This document shows, piece after piece, positions 1 to 10,619 of a stretch of 64,000 nt of DNA. Under the pieces are notes generated by a model. It was not told the origin of the DNA. It did not search any database and worked only from the letters and a program-made list of their open reading frames with translations. Within the stretch, counting starts at the first letter, position 1, and the number at the start of each line of letters is the position of its first letter. The translations under genes and the position numbers were made by a program. Source of the stretch: Scyliorhinus canicula (Eukaryota); contig NC_052148.1 of NCBI RefSeq assembly GCF_902713615.1, forward strand, positions 228,121,336 to 228,185,335. Reading direction: 5' to 3'.

Positions 1-383
1 TTCCACCGAGAGGGTTTGTGTCAGCTATTGCATTACCTGTATTGTGAACCACAATGGCTCAGAGGTCGGTTTGTATTCACGATCATTAGGTGTGTCACCT
101 GAGAAAAGAGAAATGCAAGAGCGCGATAAAGGTAGGAAGTTACGCAGTGTGGGGTTTAATTTGTTATGCTTCAGAAAGGCCATGACTGATGGAAGAGGGA
201 TAAACTATAAAGTGATGAAATAACACGTGTAAGATTAAAATGTTGGCTTTTTTAGAGTATTTATCGCACTCAGGTGTGACTGGCAACACTGGTTTTGATT
301 TACAAATGCCTGCAGGTCCTCTGGTTAGTCAGCACCGAGACATTTGGCTGCACGTTCAGCCCTTTCACCTGGAGAAAATTACC

Positions 384-1500
384 CAGGAGGCTGACGAGCT
401 GCAGCCGCATATACGCACTTCACTCCCCACACACACGCCATTCCAGCCAACAAGATGGCAGCAATAATGCCGAGCTGGAGGCCCTGCTGGACCCAGTGGA
501 GGAGAGGCGGTTGACTCTGTATTCCGGCCCGGGATGGAGGCTGCCAGCCCGCCGCTGACTGCCGTGCCTAGGTGCCTAGGTGCAGGTTGCAGAGGCTGTC
601 AGCGGCATGAGCAATACCGTCCGGACGGGCCAGCAGTGCCTGTAAAAACTGCACAACCTCCTCAGGGCGGCCAGGGTGAGTAGGCAGCACTTTGCCACTG
701 GCATTAACTCATGTCCACACACCCATAACCCGACTATCCCCCCACCCCGGAGGGCGGTGAAACCCCCATCCTCCACCAGATGCCGACCCCCATACCAGCC
801 AGTATGGCCGGGTGCCCTGGCCACTGAAGCCACCAACTAACTACCCCCCGGGCTGCATGCGTTTGGACTGTCTAAGACTGTACGTTTTCTGTATCTCCCC
901 TCCCCTCCCCACTCCACAGGGGAAGGGCAGCCATAGCCGGCGGGTGAGGGAGAAAACTGGAGGACTGTCGGACCCGCAGCCCCTCATCAGGGCAGAGCAG
1001 AGGGGCCTGGACATGGTCAGCGGCCTGGAGGAAATGGTGGTCGCCGGGTTGGAGGTCGGCCATGGGCAAGGAAGTGAGACCCAGTTGAGTCCCGGTTGCC
1101 AGTGACATGTGAGTCAACAACCCACCCCCACCCTCGCCCCACATCGCCATCACCCCACCCTCACCCCCACACCACGCTCATCTCCACCTGCACCCGACAC
1201 CACCCTCACTCCCACCCTCAGCATCACCCACACTTTCACCCCCCCACCAACGGGGACCCAGGTCGCAGGATGGGAATCACTCCCAATGTACTGTTTGGGA
1301 ATCCACCTAGACGTAAGGCCAGAAAGTTAGACACCGATTACGTTGGCCAGGGGGCTAGGGCACGGTACACTCCGCGGCCCCAGCCTGGCATGCCCGTAAG
1401 GGCTACAATGGATGCTGCCCTTGAGTGGGCCGTCTGATGTCCCTCCGGTGGGTGGCGTCCGGGTGGAGGGTGTATGGCGGAGGGTGGGGTGCGGGGGTGG
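384..1500 (+). mobile_element. PIF/Harbinger-type transposon remnant encoding a decayed Myb/SANT-like (NAIF1-type) protein; also ~21765-25260 and ~43860-44990
   Basis: Frame-broken translation AELEALLDPVEERR...VAEAVSG-SNTVRTGQQC-KKLHNLLRAAR, a GTGAGT..CAG intron, then KGSHSRRVREKTGG. Unit B keeps a TIR-like 5' end, GTGGAATTCTCC, at 21765-21776. Boundaries approximate. Confidence 0.65.
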
Positions 1501-1878
1501 GGGCTTAGGGGTATCCATTAGAATAAGTAGAGCAACAATTTAAGAACTTTTTTTAAAATTGAGGAGGTTCAGGAATTTCTGATCAATACGTTCTCTGAAT
1601 CATAGAAACCCACCTTCACATTATTCTCAAAACAGTCAAGGTATTCAGAGCCATTTCAGAAATATTGAATTCCTTTCTTTTGTTCAAAACGCTTGCAATC
1701 TAAAATTTTAATTTAAGAAATATTTTTGACACTCGATACTGTTATCCAGCAGACAAATGATAATTTTCTTTGGTATAATATGTAACAGGATGAATGCATT
1801 TAAATTGTTTTGTATTTTGCATGTGTGTGAAATTGAAAAGAAGTCAGCAAGCCATCAATTTTATGTATGATTCCGTTC

Positions 1879-1989
1879 GGGGGCTGCAGGAATTCAAGAA
1901 AGCAGCTCACCACCACCTTCTGAAGGGCAATTAGGGATGGGCAATAAATGCTGGCCTTGCCAGCGATGCCCACATCCCGTTCAAATGAG
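1879..1989 (+). mobile_element. 3' terminal fragment of an L2/CR1-group LINE (also ~45355-45463; deleted in unit B)
   Basis: CAGCTCACCACCACCTTCTGAAGGGCAATTAGGGATGGGCAATAAATGCTGGCC resembles a LINE 3' end; recognised from memory only. Confidence 0.5.
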
Positions 1990-1999
1990 CAGAGGTGTC

Positions 2000-3400
2000 G
2001 TTCAGAGCGACGTAATTTGGAAACTAGGCAACACCGCATATATCACCGTACCTCATTTTAACTTCTTCAGCCACTTCAGCCGGCACAGCTTGCACGACAG
2101 GAGAATTCTCCCTGAGGATCTCCAACGCATCCTGCATCCAGATCCTGGAATGGGCCAGTGTCTTGCATCAATAGTTCATTGATAATCATAAGGTAAGGAT
2201 CTTAAAATGGCAAGATGATTTGTAGCTGTCCAATATGTTGATCGCCAAATAAAACAAGGGTCAGTTCTTTGCATAGTTTCAGCTCTATGCTGCAATTTCA
2301 CAAGAACACCCCGAAACTTGCATATTCTATAATATCCATAAGTCACTTCACCTCCGGCAATGGGTGCTGGCCCTTCTAGCTAAAGCTTGAGGAATGAAGG
2401 CTGTATGACACTTCACCAATTTGGCCTTTCCCTCCCAGGGTTTCATGGGCACTGACCTCTCGTTCCTTCGAGCTTGGCTTTGTGCAACAGAATTTTCAAA
2501 TGAGCAATCAGCTTGCAAACCCATCCGTCATAAGTGGCTGATTTTGCTTGAGGAGAAAATGAATGCACCACAGAGATATTCCCCTTCACCCTTTGAGTTG
2601 TTGCTTCATCCGCCAGTTGTATGTTTCGAAGGGGAAGAATGAATAAGTCCACAAGGGTTTATGAGCACCATCCAATGATTTAATGAAATATCTGAAAGCA
2701 ACCCGCTTAAACATGGCAGGCTGACGAACTATAGTCACGTGTGTGACTCGGAGACCTTTCTGGTATGTCCTCTCAGCCAATTGTCTCAGGGGCCTTGCGA
2801 CATAACTTGGCTGCTTAATGGATAGTAGATGCTCACACCGCACAGCTATACATCAGGGAGACCAGATGTCGGATTACTCATTTGCTGGTGAGGAAAGCTA
2901 CAATTTAGATAACTGGCTGACAAATCAAAGGCAGTGTGAGGTCAGGGGGTTAAACCCTCAGACAATGCAAAACGTGGCAAGTTCACAAAAGCATCGGGTG
3001 CCTCAGCCACTCAAATTGTCCTTCCCTGTTCCAGCGTCCTGACATTTCATGAAGAATTTCACCATCCATCCTGATGTCACACTCACAGACATCTACTGGA
3101 TATGTCACAACCCAGTCTTCTACCTCAGTAGGATGGTAACACAAGCCACATCCATAATATCCATTAAACCTGGCCGTATTCTGCACGTCAGCACAAATGG
3201 GAAAATCTACACAGCAGCGATGGAAGCATCTTTACCAGCACCCCCTCAAATCAACCCCTTCTTCTGACAGTCAGCTCACTTCATTGCCAGCATCATCCAG
3301 GAACATTTCATTTTTGGATTGCATTTTCTGCACCATAATCCATCTGGAATAAGATTACCCAGTTCTGAGTTTTGGAGGAAGCCCATCAATCTAGAGGGGA
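2000..3400 (-). mobile_element. Degenerate CACTA/EnSpm(CMC)-like transposase remnant (also ~25321-26640 and ~45470-47270)
   Basis: Minus-strand peptides CCVDSPICADVQNTARFNGYYGCGLC-HP and GLW...PKM fit the D-PAR...FNG-YGC--C signature of EnSpm/Mirage transposases; many stops and frameshifts. Confidence 0.6.
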
Positions 3401-3411
3401 AAATCAGAAAG

Positions 3412-5245
3412 AACAGGAGGCAGGAAAAGAACAGAAAGCAGGAGAGAACAGAAATCAAGAGAGAGCAGGAAGCAGGAGAGAGGAGGAAGCAGGAGAGAGG
3501 AGGAAGCAGGAGAGAGGGCAGGATGCAGGAGGGAGAGCAGAAAGCAGGAGAGAGAGCAGGAAGCAGGAGAGAGCAGGAAGCAAGAGGGAGAGCAGGAAGC
3601 AGGAGATGAGAGCAGGACGCAGGAGGGAGAGCAGAAAGCAGGAGAGAGAGCAGGAAGCAGGAGAGAGCAGGAAGCAGGAGGGAAAGCATGAAGTAGGAGA
3701 GAGCAGGAAGCAGGAGAGAGAGCAGGAAGCAGGAGGGAGAGCAGGAAGCAGGAGATAGCAGGAAGCAGGAGAGAGCAGGAAGCAGGAGGGAGATCATGAA
3801 GCAGGAGAGAGCAGGAAGCAAGAGGGAGAGCAGGAAGCAAGAGGGAGAGCAGGAAGCAAGAGGGAGAGCAGGAAGCAGGAGAGAGCAGGAAGCAGGAGAG
3901 AGCAGGAAGCAGGAGAGAGCAGGAAGCAGGAGGGATAGCAGGAAGCAAGAGGGAGAGCAGGAAGCAAGAGGGAGAGCAGGAAGCAGGAGAGAGCAGGAAG
4001 TAAAAGAGGGCAGGAAGCAGGAGAGCAGGAAGCAGGAAACAGCAGGAAATAGGAGACCGCAGGAGGGCAAGCGAGAGCAGGAAGTAGGAGACAGCAGGAC
4101 ATAGGAAGGGGTAGGACGTAGGAGAGTGCAGGAAGCAGGAGAGAGTAGAGAGTATGTGAGAGCATGAAGTAGGAGATAACAGAAAGTATAATAGAACAGG
4201 AACTAGGATAGAGCAGAAAGTATGAATGAGCAGGAAGTGGGAGAGAGGAGGAAGTGGGAGAGACAGGAAATGTGAGAGAGTAGGAGACAGCAGGATTCAG
4301 GAAAGAACAGGAAGCAGGAGAGAGTAGGAGAGAGCAAGAAGCAGGAGAAAGAAGGAAGCAAGAGAGCAGGAAGCAGGGGAGAGGAGGAAGCGGGGAGAGG
4401 AGGAAACAGGGGAGTGAAGGAAGCAGGAGAGAGGAGGAAGCAGAAGAGACAATGAAGCAGGAGAGAGGAGGAAGCAGGAGAGAGGAGGAAGCAGAAGAGA
4501 GGAGGAAGCAGGAGAGAGGAGGAAGCAGAAGAGAGGATGAAGCAGGAGGAAGCAGGAAGCAGGAGAGAGAGGAGGAAGCAGGAGAGAGGAGGAAGCAGGA
4601 GAGAGAGCAGGAAGCAGGAGGGAGAGGAGGAAGCAGGAAAAAGCAGGAAGCAGGAGAGAGGAGGAAGCAGGAGAGAGGAGGAAGCAGGGAAGAGGAGGAA
4701 GCAGGAGAGAGGAGGAAGCAGGAGAGAGGAGGAAGCAGGAGAGAGAGCAGGAAGCAGGAGAGAGAGCAGGAAGCAGGAGGGAGAGGAGGAAGCAGGAGGA
4801 AGCAGGAAGCAGGAGAGAGGAGGAAGCAGGGAAGAGGAGGAAGCAGGAGAGAGGAGGAAGCAGGAGAGAGGAGGAAGCAGGAGAGAGAGCAGGAAGCAGG
4901 AGAGAGAGCAGGAAGCAGGAGAGAGGAGGAAGCAGGGAAGAGGAGGAAGCAGGAGAGAGGAGGAAGCAGGAGAGAGGAGGAAGCAGAAGAGAGGATGAAG
5001 CAGGAGGAAGCAGGAGAGAGGAGGAAGCAGGGGAGAAGAGGAAGCAGGGGAGAGGAGGAAGCAGGGGAGAGGAGGAAGCAGAAGAGATTAGGAAAGAGGA
5101 GAGAGCAGGAAAGAGGAGAGAGCAGGAAAGAGCAGGGAGCAGGGGAGAGCAGGGAGCGGGGGAGAGCAGGGAGTAGGAGAGAGCAGGAAGCAGGTGCGAG
5201 CAGGAAGCAGGAGAGAGGAGGAAGCAGGGGAGAGGAGGAAGTGGG
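3412..5245 (+). repeat. Purine-rich compound minisatellite (GCAGGAAGCAGGAGAGA / GAGGAGGAAGCAGGAGA units), unit A
   Basis: Almost T-free A/G-rich tandem units in two sub-arrays separated by a degenerate spacer (~4040-4310); ends ~660 bp upstream of the TATA box. Confidence 0.95.
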
Positions 5246-5832
5246 GCTTGGGGCTCCATCTCTGCCCTGTCTCATTGTCCCTTCCACAGGATAACGTAGA
5301 ATATACAGCACAGAAACAGGCCATCCAGCCCAGCAAAACCAAGCCAGTCTTTCTGCTCCAGTTGAGCCTTTTCCCACCTTTTCCCATCTAAATCTATCAT
5401 TGCAATTCTCTTTTTCCTCCTTCCACAGTATCCCCTGAAATAAATCGATCATTTGCTTCAACCATTCCCTGTTGTAGTGTGTTCGACAATCTCATCGCCC
5501 TTCATTAGTAGTTTCTTCTGAATTCTTTACTGCTCTAACGTCCAGGGAGGTAATCTAACTTGACCAGCTGTATTTCTGCCTTGTTCGTCTTCTTCATGGA
5601 CAGTGTTCATTATAAAATTAATTTTCACTTTAATATCACCTACATTGAATATGTCAATGTGTTCATTACAAAACCTTCCATTCATTTTAGTTGGAATTAA
5701 GAGTTAATTTTGACCACCTGGCTTTGAAAAAGAAAGTAAAGATTCTAATTGAAGTGCTCCGATAGATGTAATTAACAAATAAACACATTTCCAGTTTAAT
5801 TTTACCATACATTGTTTCATCAATAATAAGCT

Positions 5833-5911
5833 TTGTTGTAAATCCACACATCCGGAGAAATTCCAAAATGAGCCAACTCCTCCGAGTGAGTCACAGATTT
5901 CTGGCTATAAA
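5833..5911 (+). promoter_or_regulatory. Inducible proximal promoter of copy A: C/EBP-like site, kB-like site, AP-1 site, TATA box
   Basis: TGTTGTAAAT at ~5834, GGAGAAATTCC at 5854-5864, perfect AP-1 TGAGTCA at 5887-5893, TATAAA at 5906-5911 (~95 bp before ATG). AP-1 + C/EBP + NF-kB is the established control set for IL-8. Confidence 0.8.
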
Positions 5912-6001
5912 TACAGCATGTGAGCCTCAGTAGGTCAGTCACAGGCAGCAGCAGCAGCACAGCAGCAAGAAGATAAAAGATCACCAAACAAGTAAAGCAC
6001 A

Positions 6002-8047
6002 ATGAACAGCAAAGATACTCTCGTCGTTCTCGCTCTCCTGGCACTGGGAGTGTTATCCATACAAGGTAAGAAATCTCTAGTTTCACAGCATCTATACAGC
6101 ATCTATAATGATATGGCTCCTTTTCCCTGCTGACTCTGCTGCATATTGTAGATGACATTGTACAGCAAGAGGAATTCTTCTCAGTATTTATTGAAACATA
6201 TGGCAATTGTTCAATGTTTGTGTGACTCTTTAGACAGAAGACTTCAGCAGAGTTGGGAGTATATGTAATTAGAATGAATGGGATAGATTTTATCATGGGC
6301 TTCCGAACACAAATATCAAGTTGCACGGCTGGTCCCAAGCTGGGACCATAATTATTCAGATTGGTTGCTTGGCTCACTGGATCAGACAGATGATTATCCT
6401 CACAGTGCGCCTCCTGTCAGCTGTTGGCAAACCTCCCCAGTGACAGGGAGCCATCCTGGCCAAACTCCCTGCTATCTCACCAATCACTACTGTCTCCGTT
6501 TCCTCTACTGGCGGCTGGTAAAATTCAGTCCAACGAGCATGTGTCAAAATCATTGGAAAATTGATGGAAGTTACTAAAATAATTTTGGCACAGGAAAAAT
6601 TTGAAACTCTTCTTTCGATTAGTTTGAGTGCTACCAATTATTACAACAGGAATGCAAGCCCTCCTTTCAGCTTGGGGTGCTGATTCACTGAGGTTCCTGT
6701 TGGACTGCTTGGTATCAGAAATGTGACAGTCAGGAAGAATATTATAGAGGATATCTAGCAGTTTAGTCCCAGCAGAGAATGTGGAGCACATGAGAGGGAC
6801 ACCCTGTGCAAATCTGGAAATCAATCCATTTGTTTAATTTACAGCTGCATCGATTGGAAACACAGGAATGAACCTCCGCTGCCAATGTATCAAAACACAT
6901 TCAAAATTCATCCACCCGAAGCACATCGAGAACATCGAAATTATACCAAGTGGTCCTCACTGCGGGAACGTTGAAATTATGTAAGTGTTTAATTCCTCTT
7001 CAGTTTCCTGTATTGTAAAAACACAGCAATTATTCTAGGTTTAAATAGGAGTTCAAGCTTCTTACAAGAGGGTGAATGGCTAATGATCAATGTCATTCTT
7101 CATTTCTTTCAGTGCCACCCTTAAAAGTACGAATCGTGTGTGTCTCCATCCTGATGCTGGCTGGGTGAAGAGAGTCATAGACAGGATGATCAAACAGTAA
7201 GTTTCATTCTGTGTATGGTGAGGGTGGGGAGGTTTCTTTTTTCACTGTACTTTTATTGAGTTTCCCACTTTCTGTTAGATCACAATATCTAATTCTGTCC
7301 AGTCAGGTGTGGTATAAGTCAGGCCTTCCTACATTTACTCGAACCCAACCTCAGCGAAATACTCTTGATCATTTTCTCATCATATCATTCAGAGTTGAAC
7401 GGCTGAATTGAAAACATAGGCCCCAATGTGTCAGTGAATCAGTACACCTTGTGACTGGGCACTGACCACTAGGAGAATGCCAGGGATTGCTGGTTTGTGC
7501 TGGATTAGACAACTAGAGCAGAAAGCTCCCAGTGTTGGTTACATAGACACAAACCTAGTGAAGGAAAGCAGTCCACACGGTTCCTGCTCCTCGTCACTAT
7601 CTAGTGAGTGCCCCCGTTACCACGGGTGATCTTGAAATGGGCTCAAGGCAGGTGCAGGATGGGAAATAATAGTCTCATCGTCAAACAGCTCAAGAACACT
7701 CCAGGAATGGCCACCCAAAGGAGATGCCAGAGTATATGAAACTATAGTTCCCAGATGGAACAAGATTGTCAACACAATGCTGGGCTGAAGCTGCAGTCAA
7801 TGTTGAATATGTTAATAGATGACATGACTCTTCAGGGATGATCTTCAATCTGAATGTTTAACATTCTGATTCAATTAAATATATTATTACTTAATATTTC
7901 ATTCAGCTTCAAGTAAATGTTGTAAATATATCCAGTTAATTTCCGACCTAACATATTTTGAAAGCTTTTTGTATTTCATATCTTTGTATGCCATAAACTT
8001 AATTTCTTCATTCTCTCATTTTCCATAGTTCCAAGAAGATGAATTAA
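6002..8047 (+). CDS. CXCL8: CXC chemokine, interleukin-8/CXCL8-like, copy A (4 coding exons: 6002-6065, 6845-6980, 7113-7196, 8029-8047)
   Basis: Manual splicing at GT-AG sites (intron phases 1, 2, 2) gives 303 nt encoding [100 protein letters not shown]. It has a signal peptide, CXC motif, SGPHC, EII, VCL-P and WV motifs typical of CXCL8. Coding exon sizes 64/136/84 match the mammalian CXCL8 layout as I recall it. Confidence 0.93.
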
Positions 8048-8514
8048 CCTCGCCGAAGAGAAGCTCAATTTTTCTTGTCAAGAGATTAGAAAACACTGGT
8101 AGAAAGTTGGGATTTTCCATCTGCCTGCCTGGCTTGGCGCAGACCCGTCACAGTCAATGAGGTTCAACTTAGCTTGAAGTGTTTCTGTTTATTGAACTGT
8201 TTTAGCACCTGGAACACTGAAGCATGAACATTTCCTTCGGTAATTAGGCCCCAGCTCTTTGGAATAATTACTTTTCATTGTTATTCAAACAAATTCTTAA
8301 CACTTGCTGCCATGTAGCAGTGTTACAGGATGTAGTTACTCAATGGTATATTGTTCAGTATGACAAATTGTCAGTCAAGTGTTTGCTATTTATGTCTATT
8401 TTATTATCCAGATATCTCTAAAAATGGTTGATTTTACTACTGGGTTCCAAGAATTATGTTGCATTAATAATTAAAATGTTTATTGATTTGTGATTGTTTT
8501 CCTAATAAGAATTT

Positions 8515-8701
8515 GGGCAGGATTCTCCGGTCCCCCAGCCTTGTGTTTCTCGGTGGCATTCCATTCGTTGGAGGAGGGATTCTATCCTCCTGCCGCTTGT
8601 CAATTTGATTTCCCACCGGAAAGATCCATGCCGCCGGGAAATCCGCGAGTGGGAGTGCATTGTCGGGAACAGTGAATTGCAGCGGCTGGAGAATTCCAGC
8701 C
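8515..8701. mobile_element. MITE (Harbinger-like TIRs) within the chemokine 3'UTR; also 32250-32436 and 52064-52250
   Basis: GC-rich 187-bp insert in an AT-rich UTR; ends GGGCAGGATTCTCC ... GGAGAATTCCAGCC are imperfect inverted repeats; flanked by TTT/TTT. Confidence 0.65.
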
Positions 8702-8779
8702 TTTATCTGAAGCTTTTCTCTTTAATTTATTATTATATTATTAATATGGAATGGAAAGATTGTGGCTGTACATGTCTTG

Positions 8780-8799
8780 ATTTATTTATTTAAAATAAA
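8780..8799 (+). promoter_or_regulatory. 3'UTR AU-rich element plus polyadenylation signal, copy A
   Basis: Overlapping ATTTATTTATTTA at 8780-8792 followed by AATAAA at 8794-8799 and downstream TG-rich sequence. Further ATTTA at 8388 and 8725. Typical of cytokine mRNAs. Confidence 0.7.
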
Positions 8800-9663
8800 C
8801 ATTTTAAAAATTGGAATTGTTTTGTCTTGCTTTGCAAGTTGCCAGAATGTCCTGTTTTCTAAAGAATGTGAGAATAATGCAGCAAGCAACAAAAAGGTAG
8901 CCGTAACCATTATTGATCCGCAGGTATAGAGTTTTCTTTAAATGACCTTTATCTGTGACTGACACCTTTAAGAAGTGTCCACAGGTGACCTGTGGGGGAT
9001 AGGACACATGGGTTTGCTGCATTGTTCATTCACATTCCCCGTGTGGCTTTCACTGGTGTAAAACCAACCTAAGGAGCTGATCTACTTTGAAGCTTCTGGG
9101 TAGCTTGTTAAAAAATGCAGTAGGATGAATTTCCTCCGCCTTTTCGGAATACTAGCAGGGGCTTTGGCTGAGAAAGGAACTTTGGGCGGAGGCTGCTCTC
9201 TACCTTTACAACAACAACTCGCATTATATTACACATTTGATAGAATTTTAAAAGTCCCAAGGCGTTTTCATAGCAGCAAAACATGGATATGGATCGTCGC
9301 AAGGAGATAGTTGGGCGGATGGCCAAGCGTTTTGTCACCAAGGTGGGCTCTAAGGAGGGTCTTAAGAGAGAAGAGAAAGATGGAGAGGCTCAAGGAGGCC
9401 GTCGCAGTCTGGTTATGGGTGTGTGGACATGAGTTAAGGCCTACAGTCATCAATAATGGGGAGTCCAAAACAAGGTCAGTCATTTAGTACAGAAAGGAGA
9501 ATATTTCTTCACTCAAAGGATTGTGAATCTTTGGAATTCTCAACCCTAGGAAACAATGGATTCTCAGCCATTAGCCGAGTATGAGCAAGACAGAAGCCAG
9601 AGTGTCGGGCAGGCAGTGAGCGAAGGGTTATGAAGATAATGCAGGAAGGTGGAGTTGAAGCTG

Positions 9664-9859
9664 GTTTAGCTCACTGGGGCTGGTTTAGCTCACTGGGCTA
9701 AATCGCTGGCTTTTAAAGCAGACCAAGCAGGCCAGCAGCACGGTTCGATTCCCGTACCAGCCTCCCCGGACAGGCGCCGGAATGTGGCGACTAGGGGCTT
9801 TTCACAGTAACTTCATTGAAGCCTACTCGTGACAATAAGCGATTTTCATTTTCATTTTC
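9664..9859 (+). mobile_element. tRNA-derived SINE with (TTTCA)n tail, specific to unit A
   Basis: Absent from units B and C (empty site GTTGAAGCTGAAGGG); TSD AAGCTG; A-box-like head and B-box GGTTCGATTCCC. Confidence 0.85.
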
Positions 9860-10049
9860 AAGCTGAAGGGATCAAACATGAGTAAGGGGTATATATGCCA
9901 AATCATTGATTCCCTTTGCAGGGGACTAGCTCATTTATTTGGCTTTGACATCACGATGAAGCAGTGGAGAGACATTTTAGGGGGTTTTCCCCTTCCCCAA
10001 GCTTCCGGACGCTTTTGAGAGCACGGAAGTCACAATCCTCCAGCACCAT

Positions 10050-10420
10050 CTCACCTGAGACGAGGAAGGGATTCCACTCCATGGATATGCAGCTAGTTTG
10101 TGACGGTACTCAGAGCCTCCTTCAGGTCAACACTCCACAACCAAGATTACTTCCCCCCCCCCACCCCCCCCCCCTCCCCATCCCCTCCCCACCCCCCTCC
10201 CACCAGCCCCGAAGATTTCCAGGGGTATGGGATTCCCGGCAATAGTCGAGGTGGTTCAAACTCCCAGTTGGAAACTCCCCTGCAATGTGAATTAGATAAT
10301 GTGATTCAAAACCCAAACTTTGCATGGTTCTGGTGTGCTACATCCATAATTACCAAGATAAAATTAAAAACCACTTCTGCCTTCTGGGTAACTATTTTAC
10401 AGACCTTTTCCCATCCCAGT
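10050..10420 (+). mobile_element. Decayed Harbinger/HARBI1-type DDE transposase fragment (also ~33570-33920 and ~53410-53765)
   Basis: RKGFHSMDMQLVCD, RFPGVWD and (W/C)LLGN peptides in order correspond to Harbinger NRKG-HS-N-Q-VCD, ARYPGS-HD and WLLGD motifs; interrupted by a poly-C run. Confidence 0.65.
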
Positions 10421-10619
10421 ACACCAAGATCCCAGCCTGGGGATCCTCCATGGAACACTCAACACCTCACGGGACCTCTGTAATCCAGAACTGGACCACC
10501 CCACCTACTCCAAACATTGCCCCAATCAGCCCCCCCCCCCCACCGGCCCACAGACAGTCTCCCCCAATCCACATAGCTCCTCCTGACTGCATTCCCGCCC
10601 CAACAGCCCGGTACTCACC

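Noticed and set aside
5820-6377. 185-aa minus-strand ORF present in all three units
   Set aside because: Antisense to the chemokine promoter, exon 1 and intron 1; no recognisable domain; persistence is explained by recent duplication.
9964-10245. HARBI1 or NAIF1/MSANTD host genes
   Set aside because: Fragments are frameshifted, contain stops and have decayed catalytic motifs; they are transposon remnants, not domesticated genes.
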